This document shows positions 1-12,085 of a stretch of 55,066 bases of DNA, piece after piece. Position numbers and translations under genes: made by a program. Below the pieces are notes generated by a model. It made no database searches and had not been told where the DNA came from. It saw nothing but the letters and a program-made list of their open reading frames with translations. Location: assembly GCA_001513335.1 (NCBI GenBank), contig LFTO01000057.1, positions 1-55,066 of the forward strand. Direction: 5' to 3'. The DNA is from Clostridiales bacterium DTU086. Lineage in GTDB: Bacteria; Bacillota; DTU086. Every line of letters starts with the position of its first letter. Position 1 is the first letter of the stretch.

Positions 1-193
1 CTTTGTCCAGAAACTCGTCCTTTTCTATAAAAATGTAATCCTCACCGTTAACCTCCCCCTGGCGGGGCGGTCTTGTTGTTACCGAGATAGAATAGTCCAA
101 ATTTTCAACAGCCTCAACGAGGTTTCTGCACAGTGTTCCTTTTCCCACTCCTGAGGGGCCGGAAATAACGAATAACAGACCCGGAAATTCCAT
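1..193 (-). CDS. gmk: guanylate kinase, N-terminal 64 codons only (gene continues past the left edge)
   Basis: Own minus-strand translation from ATG at 193: [64 protein letters not shown]. It has the P-loop GPSGVGKGT and the TTRxPRxGE motif. It follows yicC-remA as in Bacillus. It is absent from the ORF track because it is truncated. Confidence 0.85.
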   Translation of the reverse strand, partial: MEFPGLLFVISGPSGVGKGTLCRNLVEAVENLDYSISVTTRPPRQGEVNGEDYIFIEKDEFLDK

Positions 194-206
194 CCTATGT
201 ATCCTA

Positions 207-482
207 TTATTCGTTCCCATCTTCGGCTGTTTGGCTGCTCTCCTTTGAAGACAGGCGGTGAGCAACAGTTTCAGGCTGAACTGCAGAAAGGACAATATGG
301 TCGCTGTCCATAATTACAACGGCCCTGGTCCTTCTTCCATAGGTTGCATCAATTAACCTGCCCTCATCCCTGGCTTCCTGAATTATTCTCTTAATTGGTG
401 CAGACTCCGGGCTGACAATAGCCACGATCCTGTTTGCCGAAACAATATTTCCAAAGCCTATATTTATCAATTTAATTTCCAC
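207..482 (-). CDS. remA: RemA (DUF370) extracellular-matrix/biofilm regulator
   Basis: 91-aa ORF matching Bacillus RemA/YlzA as I recall it ([40 protein letters not shown]). It sits between yicC and gmk. Confidence 0.9.
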   Translation of the reverse strand: MEIKLINIGFGNIVSANRIVAIVSPESAPIKRIIQEARDEGRLIDATYGRRTRAVVIMDSDHIVLSAVQPETVAHRLSSKESSQTAEDGNE

Positions 483-506
483 TGATAACCCTCCTAAGGC
501 GTATTC

Positions 507-1388
507 CTATTCAACGTTCTGAACTTGTTCCCGCATCTTTTCAATTTCCGACTTTGCATCCACCACCTTCTGAGATATTGTCAGATCAGGGCTCTTTGAA
601 CCAATAGTATTTGTTTCACGGTGTAATTCCTGCATTAAAAAGTCCATTTTTCTTCCTACCGGTTCATTGGAAAGGATGCTTTCCTCCAGCTGGCTGAGAT
701 GGCTTCTAAATCTCACTACCTCTTCAGTAATATCACTTTTCTCAGCATAAATAGCAACTTCAGCTGCCAACCGGTTAGGATCTATTTCCACATCTTCTGC
801 AAGATTGCTTATCCTTTCGTTGATCCGGTTTTTATAAGCTTCCACTACCAGAGGCGCTCTGGCTTCAATGTCTGCAACAATTCCGTAAAGTATTTCTGCC
901 CTGTTTTCAAGCTCTTCCTTGAGCCTTTCCCCTTCATTTTCGCGCATGGCAACCAATTGTTCAATGGCTTCCTGAAGAGGCCCTTCAATTTTCTGCCAGA
1001 CCTGCTCCAGGTCTACCTCCTGTTCCTCCAGAGAGACTACCCCTTCAAGACAGGAAAGCTCGTAAATAGTGATTTCATGGGGAATTCCTAGCGTTTCTGC
1101 TAAATCTTTCAAGGATTTATAATAATCCATTGCCAAATCTTTGTCAACCTTTAGTGTTCCACACTTTTTGGATAATTCCTCAATACCAATCCACACATCA
1201 ATACGTCCCCGGTGAAGGTGAGCACGAATTAATTCCTTAACACGCTCTTCCAAAAGACTATATTTTCTGGGCAGTTTAACAACCTGCTCAAGAAAACGGT
1301 GGTTTACAGACTTTATTTCCACCGTAACCTTGATGCCTTCCTCATCAGCAAACTGTGCCCGTCCATACCCAGTCATACTTCTCAGCAT
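507..1388 (-). CDS. yicC: YicC/YloC family stress-induced protein (endoribonuclease family)
   Basis: 293-aa ORF with the typical YicC N-terminus MLRSMTGYGRA and a coiled-coil middle. Synteny yloC-remA-gmk. Confidence 0.85.
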   Translation of the reverse strand: MLRSMTGYGRAQFADEEGIKVTVEIKSVNHRFLEQVVKLPRKYSLLEERVKELIRAHLHRGRIDVWIGIEELSKKCGTLKVDKDLAMDYYKSLKDLAETLGIPHEITIYELSCLEGVVSLEEQEVDLEQVWQKIEGPLQEAIEQLVAMRENEGERLKEELENRAEILYGIVADIEARAPLVVEAYKNRINERISNLAEDVEIDPNRLAAEVAIYAEKSDITEEVVRFRSHLSQLEESILSNEPVGRKMDFLMQELHRETNTIGSKSPDLTISQKVVDAKSEIEKMREQVQNVE

Positions 1389-1453
1389 AAGAAACCCCCA
1401 TTCACTTTTCTCTTCTGTTCTGTGGCGCTAAAACAAACTGATCTGCCGCAATA

Positions 1454-2611
1454 TTAAAGCACACCTTTTAGCCTTTCCATTGCCTCTCTAAGTCTTTCCG
1501 TTTCAATTGTAAGAGAAATGCGGAAATATCCTTCTCCATACTTTCCATATCCATTTCCGGGGGTCAGTACAACAGCAGATTTCTCCAAAACATATTCCGC
1601 AAAAGAAGTGGAGGTATATCCTTCCGGAACAGGTAGCCACATATAAAAGGTGGCCTCTGGCTGTTTGACATTCCAACCAATCTCCTTAAGAAAATCCACT
1701 ACTATCTTGGCTCTTTCTGCATATATCCTTCTCATTTTGACAACATTTTCACCGGCATGTTTAAGAGCTGCCATACCTGCCGCCTGGACTGCCTGGAACT
1801 GCCCTGAATCCATATTGGACTTGATTCTTCCCAGGGCATCAATAACCCTGGAATTTCCTGCCGCCCAACCAATCCTCCAACCAGTCATATTATAAGGCTT
1901 CGACAGAGAATTAAATTCAATGGCTACATCCTTGGCCCCCTTCACCTCAAGTATACTCGGGGGTTTATCACTGCCAAAATAGATTTCGCTGTAGGCTGCA
2001 TCGTGACAGATTATGAGGTCATACTCCCGGGCAAAATCCACTGCTTCCTGGAAAAATTCAAGAGATGCTTCAGCACCTGTAGGGTTATTGGGATAATTAA
2101 GAAACATCAGTTTAGCTTTAGCTGCTGTATCTTCAGGAATACGTGAAAAGTCAGGAAGAAAACCGCCCTCTTCTAAAAGAGGCATGGGATAAACCTGACC
2201 TCCCGCCAAGAGGGTCCCTATTCCATAAACAGGATACCCAGGGTCGGGGACAAGGTTATAATCGCCGGGATTAACATAACACAAATTGATATGAGCTATG
2301 CCTTCTTTTGAGCCAATAAGGGTTACTATTTCACTGCGGGGGTCAAGATCAACGTTAAAGCGCTGGCTGTACCAATCTGCAACTGCCTGTCTGAATTGCA
2401 GCATACCCACAGAACTAGGATACCTGTGGTGCTCCGGGAAATGAGCCTGCCTGCACAGTTCCTCAATAACCAGGTCAGGAGTGGGGGTATCTGGGTCCCC
2501 AATGCCTAAACTTATAACGTCCTTCCCCATAGCTTTCAGTTCCTCAATCTTTTGCTCTATCCTGGCAAACAAATAGGGTGGCAGCTGTTGAATACGTTTT
2601 GCTTCCTGCAA
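1454..2611 (-). CDS. dapL: LL-diaminopimelate aminotransferase (class I PLP aminotransferase)
   Basis: 385 aa. N-terminus [10 protein letters not shown]...[13 protein letters not shown] and PLP-lysine region [15 protein letters not shown]. It lies immediately downstream of dapF. Confidence 0.7.
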   Translation of the reverse strand: MQEAKRIQQLPPYLFARIEQKIEELKAMGKDVISLGIGDPDTPTPDLVIEELCRQAHFPEHHRYPSSVGMLQFRQAVADWYSQRFNVDLDPRSEIVTLIGSKEGIAHINLCYVNPGDYNLVPDPGYPVYGIGTLLAGGQVYPMPLLEEGGFLPDFSRIPEDTAAKAKLMFLNYPNNPTGAEASLEFFQEAVDFAREYDLIICHDAAYSEIYFGSDKPPSILEVKGAKDVAIEFNSLSKPYNMTGWRIGWAAGNSRVIDALGRIKSNMDSGQFQAVQAAGMAALKHAGENVVKMRRIYAERAKIVVDFLKEIGWNVKQPEATFYMWLPVPEGYTSTSFAEYVLEKSAVVLTPGNGYGKYGEGYFRISLTIETERLREAMERLKGVL

Positions 2612-2641
2612 TTCTACAACCTCCTTAAATTGTGCTTGAAC

Positions 2642-3478
2642 TCAAAGAAAATAATTCCCCTCAAAAACTTTTGCAGCCGGCCCTGTCATAAAAACCCTGC
2701 CAGTTTCTTCATCCCATTCAATATCAAGGTTACCCACTGTGAGGTGTACAGTTACCTTGCGGTTCGTTTTCCCATTTAAGAAACTGGCAACTGCTGAAGC
2801 ACAGGCCCCCGTACCGCAGGCAAGGGTCTCCCCGGCACCTCGTTCCCATACACGCATAAGTATATTATTTTCGTCAAGTATTTGAACAAATTCTACATTA
2901 GTTTGTTTAGGAAAAACAGAATGGGTACAGATTGCCGGCCCCCACAGGTCAAATTTAACCTTTTTGATATCAGGTACGAATACAATACAGTGGGGATTGC
3001 CCATTGATACGCATGTTACTGCAAACTCACTGCCGGCAGCCTTAATGGGCCGCGCGATCACTGTCTCACCCTCCAGGGAGACAGGAATATCGGCGGGATT
3101 AAACCCCGGCTGGCCCATATCAACCCTGACGGAATCAACTTCACCGTCCTTAAAGATTATCTCCGGAGCTATAAACCCTGCCAGGGTATCCACAACCATT
3201 GAACTTTCGGAAACAATTCCCTCTTCATAAGCATATTTGGCAAGGCATCGAATGGCATTGCCGCACATCTCTGCCTCCGAACCATCAGAGTTAAAAATGC
3301 GCATTTTTAAATCAGCCCTGTTGGAAGGGCCAATAATAACAAGTCCATCCGCTCCTACACCCAAATGACGGTTGCAAATTCTTACTGCAAGATCCTGAAG
3401 GCTCTCCTCCTGGGGAACTTCCTGTTGGGATACCAGGACAAAATCATTCCCCAGCCCATGCATTTTAACAAATTTCAT
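2642..3478 (-). CDS. dapF: diaminopimelate epimerase
   Basis: Motifs MHGLGNDF, NSDGSEAEMCGNAIRC and ACGTGACA (two catalytic Cys). The start is trimmed to MKFVKMHGLGNDF (ATG 3478). The track ORF extends to 3565 with an unlikely Cys-rich extension. Confidence 0.9.
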   Translation of the reverse strand: MKFVKMHGLGNDFVLVSQQEVPQEESLQDLAVRICNRHLGVGADGLVIIGPSNRADLKMRIFNSDGSEAEMCGNAIRCLAKYAYEEGIVSESSMVVDTLAGFIAPEIIFKDGEVDSVRVDMGQPGFNPADIPVSLEGETVIARPIKAAGSEFAVTCVSMGNPHCIVFVPDIKKVKFDLWGPAICTHSVFPKQTNVEFVQILDENNILMRVWERGAGETLACGTGACASAVASFLNGKTNRKVTVHLTVGNLDIEWDEETGRVFMTGPAAKVFEGNYFL

Positions 3479-3646
3479 TGTTTTCTCCTTTATCTGTAAA
3501 TATTCCTTTTTTTGTTCTATTATACACGGACTCACTGGATTGTGCGAACCGCAACAAAGGAACAATGGCAGTACTGTGATTTCTTCTCTGTTTTCCCTTC
3601 GTATTCCTCCTTAAGAATTACCAGCCAACAAGCCTTCCCCAAGACA

Positions 3647-3676
3647 TTGAACCGGCATTGCCAAACATGCTATACT
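3647..3676 (+). promoter_or_regulatory. putative sigma-A promoter for rqcH (TTGAAC-18 nt-TATACT)
   Basis: -35 at 3647..3652 and -10 at 3671..3676, read directly. It lies about 33 nt upstream of the rqcH ATG with its GGAGG SD. Confidence 0.4.
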
Positions 3677-3708
3677 TGCTGGGAAAGATTGAAAGGCGGA
3701 GGTAAAGA

Positions 3709-5457
3709 ATGCCCTTTGACGGAATCACCCTTAACGCAGTTAAACAAGAACTGGAACAATTCTTAATTGAAAAACGGATAGACAGAATATACCAACCGGG
3801 TAAAGAAACAATAATCATCAAATTCAGGATGCGCAGCGATAAATGTAACCTGCTGGTGTCCTGCAGTGCTGATTCCGCCAGAATCCACCTTTTGGATTCA
3901 AGACAAAAAAGCCCGCCCCAACCACCTATATTCTGTATGGTTTTGAGAAAATACCTGGAGGGCGGCCAGTTGATTTGTATGGAGCAAAAAGGCCTGGAAA
4001 GAGTCCTTACCCTACATTTTCGAAAAGTCAATGAAGCCGGATCGGTAAAAAACCTTGCTCTGCACTGTGAAATTATGGGTAGGCACAGCAACATTGTGCT
4101 TGTAGACTCCGACACCAATTGTATCCTGGACGGGGCGAAACGGCTTACCCTGGAGGTAAACCGGTACAGGCAAATTCTTCCTGGTATGCCTTACGTCCCC
4201 CCTCCAAGCCAAAACAAGCACGATTTCAGGACTATCACAGAAGAAGACTTTTTTAATTTACTTCTGGCACAACCCCTGAACAGTAAATTGCACCAAATCC
4301 TCCTCAATATTTATGAGGGGTTCAGCCCCCTGATCTGCAGGGAAATAGTTGTTCAAGCCGGCTTAACTGAAGATATAATCCTGGATGAGTGCGGTGAATA
4401 TGAACTGGGAAGAGTTTGGCAAGTACTTATAAAGATGGCAGAAGACATGGCGGCAAGCCGTTTTAATCCCGTACTTGTCAGGGACAATTCCAAGTATATT
4501 CAATACGCCCCTTTTGACCTGCTGCAGTACCCGGAAAACAAAAAAGAATACTTTGAATCTGTAAACGAAGCCTTAAATACATTTTTTACCGCCAAAGAAT
4601 ATGCCCTCCGTTTTAACGAAAAAAAACACAAACTTGAAAGGCTTGTTAACGCCCAAATAAAAAAAGGCAGAAATAAGCTTGCCGTCCACGAACAAGACCT
4701 AATAGAAACAGAGGATACTGAAAAAGACAGGATTGCCGGAGAACTGATTACCGCCAATATGTACAACGTTTCCCGGGGAGACAGGGAAATAAATACACCC
4801 AACTATTACGACCCGGAGCAAAAAAATGTGGTAATACCCTTGGACCCGTCCCTTACTCCTTCTCAAAATGCACAGAAGTATTTTAAAAAATACCGTAAGG
4901 GAAATGTCAAAAAGCAAAAAGCAGTTTATTATATAGACCGGACCCGGGAAGAACTCCTCTACCTGGATACAGTATCTATGGCTATTTCCCAGGCGGCAAC
5001 CCTGGAAGAACTGGAAGAAATCCGGGAGGAACTTGCCAACCAGGGTTACCTGAAAAAAGAGAAACGCAAAACTCCCGTTTCAACAACCCCCGGATATTTG
5101 ACATACATCTCAACTGACGGCTTCACGATTATGGTAGGGAAAAACAACAGGCAGAACGACTATCTTACAATGAAAGTTGCCCAGGATGAAGATATGTGGC
5201 TGCACACCAAAGATATCCCCGGCGCCCACGTAATTGTAAAATCGGAAGGCAGAAGGGTACCTGAAAGGACCCTGCTGGAAGCGGCGATGCTGGCAGCCTA
5301 CTACAGCAGGGGAAAACTGTCAGGTAATATCCCTGTTGATTACACATTGAAAAAACATGTGCGCAAGCCCAAAGGGGCCAAGCCTGGCATGGTGATCTAT
5401 GACCACCACTCAACTGTTTACGTAAAGCCGGAATCCAACCCTCGATTATCTCCTTAA
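3709..5457 (+). CDS. rqcH: ribosome quality-control protein RqcH (NFACT / fibronectin-binding protein A family, YloA)
   Basis: 582 aa. Has the NFACT-N start MPFDGITL, a coiled-coil middle and a C-terminal NFACT-R region (DIPGAHVIV). Position corresponds to Bacillus yloA. Confidence 0.85.
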   Translation: MPFDGITLNAVKQELEQFLIEKRIDRIYQPGKETIIIKFRMRSDKCNLLVSCSADSARIHLLDSRQKSPPQPPIFCMVLRKYLEGGQLICMEQKGLERVLTLHFRKVNEAGSVKNLALHCEIMGRHSNIVLVDSDTNCILDGAKRLTLEVNRYRQILPGMPYVPPPSQNKHDFRTITEEDFFNLLLAQPLNSKLHQILLNIYEGFSPLICREIVVQAGLTEDIILDECGEYELGRVWQVLIKMAEDMAASRFNPVLVRDNSKYIQYAPFDLLQYPENKKEYFESVNEALNTFFTAKEYALRFNEKKHKLERLVNAQIKKGRNKLAVHEQDLIETEDTEKDRIAGELITANMYNVSRGDREINTPNYYDPEQKNVVIPLDPSLTPSQNAQKYFKKYRKGNVKKQKAVYYIDRTREELLYLDTVSMAISQAATLEELEEIREELANQGYLKKEKRKTPVSTTPGYLTYISTDGFTIMVGKNNRQNDYLTMKVAQDEDMWLHTKDIPGAHVIVKSEGRRVPERTLLEAAMLAAYYSRGKLSGNIPVDYTLKKHVRKPKGAKPGMVIYDHHSTVYVKPESNPRLSP

Positions 5458-5474
5458 TTTCAGCTTTGTTGGGA

Positions 5475-5512
5475 GGACGGCGGGAGGCTTTTTTCACGCC
5501 GTCCTGTTTTTG
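5475..5512 (+). terminator. rho-independent terminator after rqcH
   Basis: Stem GGACGGCG (5475..5482) pairs with CGCCGTCC (5497..5504) and is followed by TGTTTTTG. Confidence 0.7.
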
Positions 5513-5543
5513 TTCTCGTTACTGCACAGGATATTTTCCAGGA

Positions 5544-5756
5544 CTAATCTATCATTCCAAAATGCCGGAAGGCCGCCTCAATAGCAGACCTTTTATTTTC
5601 AGGGCAGGGGACAATCCGCTCTTCTCCTTGACGGTTATGGGCCCGATTTACCGGTAAACCATTTAACTCTTTACAATGCGCTATCCAGCAGGTTTTAGGC
5701 GTCCACCCATAATTATCCTTCACCCATGTTTCAATTTCCTTATAGGTTGGCATCAT
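5544..5756 (-). CDS. small hypothetical protein (70 aa, 3 Cys)
   Basis: ORF MMPTYKEIETWVKDNYGWTPKTCWIAHCKELNGLPV... preceded by a G-rich SD (CGGGGGT). Natural-looking composition. I do not recognise a named family. Confidence 0.5.
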   Translation of the reverse strand: MMPTYKEIETWVKDNYGWTPKTCWIAHCKELNGLPVNRAHNRQGEERIVPCPENKRSAIEAAFRHFGMID

Positions 5757-5922
5757 TTAACCCCCGGACTACCCTTGTTGGTAAAAATACCTATTATATT
5801 ATATTGAAAAACGTAACAGTTAACACCTTAAACTAAAACCGGCCATCCTACCGACAACTAAGTTAACATAATGCTGCCCCGGAGCGATTTATCAACCTGT
5901 CCTCACCAGCAAAATTTCGTAC

Positions 5923-8900
5923 TCAAATGGTAAAGTCCTGGAGTGCAATAGTCCCGTTATCCTCACCAAGAGCACGGACACGCAGGACCTGGAGAAGTGC
6001 CCTGCAGGTATCAATAGAAGTAAGACATGGGATACCATGCTCAACTGCCGTCCTGCGGATGATGAAACCATCACTATCCATCTGCCTACCCCTGGTAAGG
6101 GTATTAAAAACAAAGTCTATGTTCCCTTTCCTGATATGGTCGACAATGTTGGGATATCCTTCCCCCAGCTTTTTGACCTCTACTACTTCAAGCCCGCGGC
6201 TCTTTAGGAAGCCTGCGGTTCCCCTGGTGGCATAAATTTTAAATCCCAAATCCTCAAATCCCTGAATTAGGGAAAAAGCTTCCTCTTTGTCTTTATCTGC
6301 AATGGTAGCCAAAATTGTTCCCTGGGCAGGTATTGCCAGACCTGCAGCTAAAAGCCCTTTTGCCAGAGCCCTTTCAAAAGAGGTATCTATACCCATTACT
6401 TCACCTGTTGACTTCATCTCCGGTCCGAGCCCTGTGTCAACTTTGGACAATTTAGCAAATGAAAAAACGGGCACCTTAACGGCAACAATATTCTCTGGAG
6501 GAGCAAAGATACCTGTACCGAATTCGAATTCCTTCAAAGTGTGTCCCATAATTACCTTTGTAGCAATGTTTACCATAGGAATCCCCGTAACCTTGCTCAT
6601 ATAGGGAACGGTCCGGCTGGCCCTGGGATTGACTTCTAAAACATATACTTTATCATCCTTCACAACAAACTGAATATTTATCAGTCCTTTAACTTTAAGT
6701 GCCCTAGCCAGCTTATAGGTATATTTCTCTATTTTCCCTACGGTGGCGGTGCTTAGAGAAAATGCGGGATAAACAGCAATGCTGTCACCGGAATGGACAC
6801 CTGCCCTCTCGATATGCTCCATTACTCCCGGAATAAGCACATCCATCCCGTCTGAGACCGCATCCACCTCTACCTCAATACCGTTTATATACTGGTCCAC
6901 CAATACCGGGTGGCTCCGTGAGACCGTTACCGCTGTAGTGACGTAATGATACAGTTCCTGCTCATTGTAAACTATTACCATTGCCCTTCCGCCCAGGACA
7001 TAGGAAGGCCTGACAAGGACAGGGTAGCCAATTTTGGAAGCTATCTCGACAGCTCCCTCAACGGTTACAGCCGTCCCACCCTGTGGCCTGGGGATACAGT
7101 TAGCCTCCAGGAGACGGTCAAATTTGTCCCTGTCTTCGGCGTTATCAATATCATCCATGGAGGTTCCCAGAATGTTTATACCTTTTTCCCTTAAGGCCTC
7201 GGCAAGGTTGATTGCAGTCTGACCTCCGAACTGGACGATGACACCCTCAGGTTTTTCTTTTTCAAGAATGTTTAATACGTCTTCCGGAAAAAGAGGCTCA
7301 AAGTAAAGCCGGTCAGATGTATCAAAATCCGTGCTGACAGTTTCCGGGTTATTGTTGATTATTATTGCTTCCACACCCATTTCCTTCAATGCCCAAACAG
7401 AATGTACGGAACAGTAATCAAATTCAACCCCCTGGCCAATTCTTATGGGGCCGGAACCCAGAACAATAACCTTTCGCCCTTTTCCAGCTTCCCCTTCATC
7501 CTCTCCCTCATAAGAGGAATAGTAGTAGGGCATCGCTGATTCAACATTTCCAGCCCAGGTATCAACCCGTCTATATACCGGCTCAATCCCCAAAGATTTT
7601 CTCAGCTGCCGGATGCTCTCTTCCGAAGTATCCGTCAACTCTGCCAGGGTTTGGTCACAGCAGCCCCTCTCTTTGGCCTCTCTGAGCCTTTTCATAGATA
7701 TTCCTTTTCCTTCTTGCCACTCTTTCTGTATATCCTGGCAGATATCAATAACGCCCTTGATTTTGGAGATAAAGAATAGGTCAATATGAGTGATACCTGC
7801 TACTTCCTCAGGGGTCATTCCTCTGAACAGGGCCTCACCAATCCAGAAAAGGCATTCGTCATCAGGCTCTGTCAGTTTTTTAACAAGGTCTTTCTCGGTG
7901 ATTTTTTCCTTGCTGCCAAAACCCCAGGCCCCAATTTCCAGGGAGCGGATTGCCTTCATCAGTGCCTCTTCAAAAGACCTGCCAATAGCCATTACTTCTC
8001 CGGTGGCCTTCATCTGGGTCCCCAGCCTCCTGTCCGCCAGGTTGAACTTATCGAAAGGGAAACGAGGGATTTTTACCACCACATAGTCCACAGAAGGCTC
8101 AAAATCGGCATAAGTCTTTCCGGTAACAGCATCTTTAATTTCATTGAGGTTTCTGCCTACTGCAATTTTCGTAGCTATCCTGGCAATAGGGAATCCCATT
8201 GCCTTTGAAGCTAAAGCGCTGGAACGGCTCAGACGGGGATTTACCTCAATTACATAATAATCCATACTGTAGGGAGAGAGAGCAAACTGGATGTTGCAAC
8301 CTCCTTCAATACCCAGAGCCCTGATAATTTTCAAAGCGGCATATCGCAGGTTATGGTACTCTTCTTCTGTAAGGGTCTGGCAGGGAGCGGCAACAATGCT
8401 GTCCCCGGTATGAATGCCCATAGGGTCAATGTTTTCCATGCTGCAGACAGTAATACAGCAGTCCGCAGAGTCACGCATAACCTCAAATTCTATCTCTTTC
8501 CAGCCAAGTACAGACTGTTCAATCAAAAGCTGCCCAATCAGGCTGTAATTGAGCCCCCGGGAAGCAACGGCACGCAGTTCATCTTCATTATGCGCCGCCC
8601 CTCCACCGGTACCGCCAAGAGTATATGCCGGACGGACTATAACCGGATATCCGATTTTTCCTGCGTAAGCAACTGCATCCTCCACAGTAGAAACAACTGC
8701 ACTTTCAGGAACAGGCTCACCGATTTCCTGAAGCATAGATTTAAACTTTTCCCTATCCTCTGCTTTTTTTATGCTTTCCAGGGAAGTCCCCAATAGCTCG
8801 ACTCTTTCTCTCGCCAGTATACCCCTTTCGGCCAGTTCCCAGGCCAGGTTCAGGCCAACCTGACCGCCCAGGGTAGGCAGAAGACCGTCAGGTTTCTCCC

Positions 8901-9135
8901 GACAAATTATCCGCTCCAGTGTTTCTACTGTCAGGGGTTCAATATATACCCTGTCTGCAATATTCACATCCGTCATTATTGTAGCCGGATTGCTGTTTAC
9001 AAGCACTACCTGAATACCTTCTTCCTGCAGTGCCCGGCAGGCTTGAGTCCCGGCATAGTCAAATTCGGCTGCCTGTCCAATAATAATTGGACCGGAACCG
9101 ATAACCAAAACTTTATTGAGTTTTGATTGGGGCAC
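5923..9135 (-). CDS. carB: carbamoyl-phosphate synthase large subunit
   Basis: 1070 aa with two ATP-grasp halves and a C-terminal MGS-like domain. GTG start with AAAGGAG SD 8 nt upstream. Confidence 0.95.
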   Translation of the reverse strand: MPQSKLNKVLVIGSGPIIIGQAAEFDYAGTQACRALQEEGIQVVLVNSNPATIMTDVNIADRVYIEPLTVETLERIICREKPDGLLPTLGGQVGLNLAWELAERGILARERVELLGTSLESIKKAEDREKFKSMLQEIGEPVPESAVVSTVEDAVAYAGKIGYPVIVRPAYTLGGTGGGAAHNEDELRAVASRGLNYSLIGQLLIEQSVLGWKEIEFEVMRDSADCCITVCSMENIDPMGIHTGDSIVAAPCQTLTEEEYHNLRYAALKIIRALGIEGGCNIQFALSPYSMDYYVIEVNPRLSRSSALASKAMGFPIARIATKIAVGRNLNEIKDAVTGKTYADFEPSVDYVVVKIPRFPFDKFNLADRRLGTQMKATGEVMAIGRSFEEALMKAIRSLEIGAWGFGSKEKITEKDLVKKLTEPDDECLFWIGEALFRGMTPEEVAGITHIDLFFISKIKGVIDICQDIQKEWQEGKGISMKRLREAKERGCCDQTLAELTDTSEESIRQLRKSLGIEPVYRRVDTWAGNVESAMPYYYSSYEGEDEGEAGKGRKVIVLGSGPIRIGQGVEFDYCSVHSVWALKEMGVEAIIINNNPETVSTDFDTSDRLYFEPLFPEDVLNILEKEKPEGVIVQFGGQTAINLAEALREKGINILGTSMDDIDNAEDRDKFDRLLEANCIPRPQGGTAVTVEGAVEIASKIGYPVLVRPSYVLGGRAMVIVYNEQELYHYVTTAVTVSRSHPVLVDQYINGIEVEVDAVSDGMDVLIPGVMEHIERAGVHSGDSIAVYPAFSLSTATVGKIEKYTYKLARALKVKGLINIQFVVKDDKVYVLEVNPRASRTVPYMSKVTGIPMVNIATKVIMGHTLKEFEFGTGIFAPPENIVAVKVPVFSFAKLSKVDTGLGPEMKSTGEVMGIDTSFERALAKGLLAAGLAIPAQGTILATIADKDKEEAFSLIQGFEDLGFKIYATRGTAGFLKSRGLEVVEVKKLGEGYPNIVDHIRKGNIDFVFNTLTRGRQMDSDGFIIRRTAVEHGIPCLTSIDTCRALLQVLRVRALGEDNGTIALQDFTI

Positions 9136-9168
9136 TTAGAATTCTCCTTTCTAAGCCTGTGACGTATT

Positions 9169-10470
9169 TTAGGATTTGTGCTGTTTATTCCACGCTTTTC
9201 CTGCCGTTAATTTTCCTCCGTAAATGGTGGCAGTGGCCCAACCTTTCAGGACCCTACCGTTAAACGGGGAGTTCTTTCCCTTGGACTTAAATAAGTTAAC
9301 ATCCACTTTCCTCTCTAGATTTGGATCCAAAACAGTCAGGTCTGCCCTGCTCCCTTCCCTGATCCCCGACAGAGGTATTCCCAAAATTTCCGCAGGGGCA
9401 ACGGAAAGTTTTTTTAGGGCCTGCATCCAGTCCAAATAACCGGGTTGGATAAGGTTTGTTACCACCAGCGCCAACTCTGTCTCGATTCCTGAAATTCCAA
9501 AGGGTGCATAGTCAAATTCAACCTCTTTAGCCTCCCGGGTGTGGGGAGCATGGTCAGAGGCAATTACGTCAATAGTCCCGTCCTGCAGTCCTTCTATTAC
9601 CGCTTCTACGTCGCTTTTACTCCTTAGAGGAGGATTTACTTTCAAATTAGTGTCATAGCCGACTAAATTCTCATCCGTCAGGGAAAAATGGTGAGGCGCC
9701 GCTTCACAGGTTACACAGACTCCCCTTGCCTTGGCTTCCCTAATAATCCTAACACTGCCGGCGGTACTGACATGGGCAATATGGAGCTTTGCCCCTGTCG
9801 CTTCCGCAAGGATGCAGTCCCGGGCAACCATAATTTCCTCAGCCGCGGCAGGGATACCGCGGAGTCCTAATGCCGTAGAATAGTAACCCTCATTCATTGA
9901 ACCCCCCGTGCTTAAATCCGAATCCTCACAATGGGAAATAACGGGGATTCCCAAAGCTTTTGCATACAGTAAACCATTCCGCATTACAGAAGAATCTTTA
10001 ACAGGTTTCCCGTCATCTGAAACAGCCTTAATACCCGCTTCAACCATGTCACCTATCTCAGCCAGTTCCTTCCCTTCCAGCCCCTTGGTAATGCTGCCTA
10101 TTGGGTAAACCCGGCAGTGGCCCGCTTCAGCAGCCCGTAATAGAATTGCCCTTACAACAGCAGCATTATCAACAACAGGATTGGTATTAGCCATGCAGGC
10201 AACAGCAGTGAAACCTCCATGAGCTGCTGCCAGGGAACCGCTTTCAATATCTTCCTGGGCTTCATACCCGGGCTCCCTCAAGTGAACATGCATATCCATC
10301 AGACCAGCAGTTACAATACAGTTTTGCGCATCAATTATTTCCGCTTGTTCCGGGACAGGTAGGTTAGGTGCTACTTTTCTTATCGTGTCGCCTTCAATTA
10401 AAATGTCACTTTTTTCGTCCAAGCCGGTAACAGGGTCAATAATCCTCCCGTTTTGAATGAGAATGCTCAT
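9169..10470 (-). CDS. pyrC: dihydroorotase
   Basis: 433 aa with metal-binding DMHVHLREPG and the amidohydrolase fold pattern. Lies between pyrB and carB. Confidence 0.9.
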   Translation of the reverse strand: MSILIQNGRIIDPVTGLDEKSDILIEGDTIRKVAPNLPVPEQAEIIDAQNCIVTAGLMDMHVHLREPGYEAQEDIESGSLAAAHGGFTAVACMANTNPVVDNAAVVRAILLRAAEAGHCRVYPIGSITKGLEGKELAEIGDMVEAGIKAVSDDGKPVKDSSVMRNGLLYAKALGIPVISHCEDSDLSTGGSMNEGYYSTALGLRGIPAAAEEIMVARDCILAEATGAKLHIAHVSTAGSVRIIREAKARGVCVTCEAAPHHFSLTDENLVGYDTNLKVNPPLRSKSDVEAVIEGLQDGTIDVIASDHAPHTREAKEVEFDYAPFGISGIETELALVVTNLIQPGYLDWMQALKKLSVAPAEILGIPLSGIREGSRADLTVLDPNLERKVDVNLFKSKGKNSPFNGRVLKGWATATIYGGKLTAGKAWNKQHKS

Positions 10471-11385
10471 TTAATTACCCCCTTGAATCAACAAATACAA
10501 CAGTGCCATCCGGACTGCAACACCGTTCGTAACCTGCTCAGTAATCACCGCCCTGCCGCTTTCCATTACTTCAGGGGATATTTCTATTCCCCTGTTTACC
10601 GGGCCGGGGTGCAGGATAAGGACATCTTTTTTTGCCTTTTGCAACCTTTTTTCGTTAACCCCGTAAAGCATGGCGTATTCTCTCAGTGAGGGAAACAAAG
10701 CTGAGCCCTGCCGTTCCCTCTGGATGCGCAGTACATTTATCACATCAGTTCCCTCTAATGCTTCATCAAATGTGGTGCAGACATGGGCTCCCATTTTTTC
10801 TATGTCAGGAGGTATCAAAGTAGGAGGACCAAAAACTTTCACTGTTGCCCCCATCTTACAAAGACCCCATATATTTGAACGGGCAACCCGGCTGTACATT
10901 ATATCCCCGATCACAGCCACTTCAAGATTGTCCAGTCGCCCCTTTGCTTCAAGTATAGAAAACATATCCAGAAGTGCTTGAGTAGGATGCTCGTGCTGGC
11001 CATCACCCGCATTAATAACCGCGGCAGAAATGTTTTGAGCAAGAAAATGGGGTGCCCCAGCGGAACCGTGCCGAATTACCACCACATCCACACCCATAGC
11101 CTCAATCGTTTTTCCCGTATCGATTAAACACTCACCCTTGGCAACGCTGCTGGTATTCACAGCTATATTCACCGTATCCATACTCAGGTATTTACCCGCA
11201 AGCTCAAAAGAGGTTCTGGTGCGGGTACTGGGTTCATAAAAAAGGCAGACCATTGACTTGCCCCTGAGAGTTGGTACCTTTTTTATATCCCTGCCTAGCA
11301 CTTCTTTCATAGCTTCTGCAGTAACCAGAATTCCTTCAATTTCTTCAGCAGTAGCATGTTCCAATCCTAACAAATCCTTACCCAC
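10471..11385 (-). CDS. pyrB: aspartate carbamoyltransferase catalytic subunit
   Basis: 304 aa with motifs STRTR and HPTQ plus LHPGP. GTG start. Confidence 0.9.
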   Translation of the reverse strand: MGKDLLGLEHATAEEIEGILVTAEAMKEVLGRDIKKVPTLRGKSMVCLFYEPSTRTRTSFELAGKYLSMDTVNIAVNTSSVAKGECLIDTGKTIEAMGVDVVVIRHGSAGAPHFLAQNISAAVINAGDGQHEHPTQALLDMFSILEAKGRLDNLEVAVIGDIMYSRVARSNIWGLCKMGATVKVFGPPTLIPPDIEKMGAHVCTTFDEALEGTDVINVLRIQRERQGSALFPSLREYAMLYGVNEKRLQKAKKDVLILHPGPVNRGIEISPEVMESGRAVITEQVTNGVAVRMALLYLLIQGGN

Positions 11386-11410
11386 TTAAAGGGTCACCTG
11401 CCTTTCTCAA

Positions 11411-11490
11411 ATAAAAAACCTCCCATATCAAGCCATAAGGGAGGCCAAAAAACCACTTACCTGCCGCCCTTATAGCCTCTCTGGACTAAT
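11411..11490 (-). promoter_or_regulatory. PyrR-binding transcription attenuator between pyrR and pyrB
   Basis: Minus-strand RNA contains AGUCCAGAGAGGCU (11487..11474), matching the PyrR binding-loop consensus as I recall it. It is followed by terminator CCUCCC..GGGAGG + UUUUUU (11446..11411). Confidence 0.8.
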
Positions 11491-11503
11491 TTAAAGGACC
11501 GGT

Positions 11504-12085
<582 letters not shown>

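Noticed and set aside
3618-4118. 166-aa minus-strand ORF
   Set aside because: It is antisense to the 5' part of rqcH and to its promoter region. It has no SD and a low-quality composition.
9136-9168. Looked for a hidden carA between pyrC and carB
   Set aside because: The gap is only 33 nt and contains just the carB SD. There is no room for a roughly 360-aa gene and no frameshifted remnant in the flanks.
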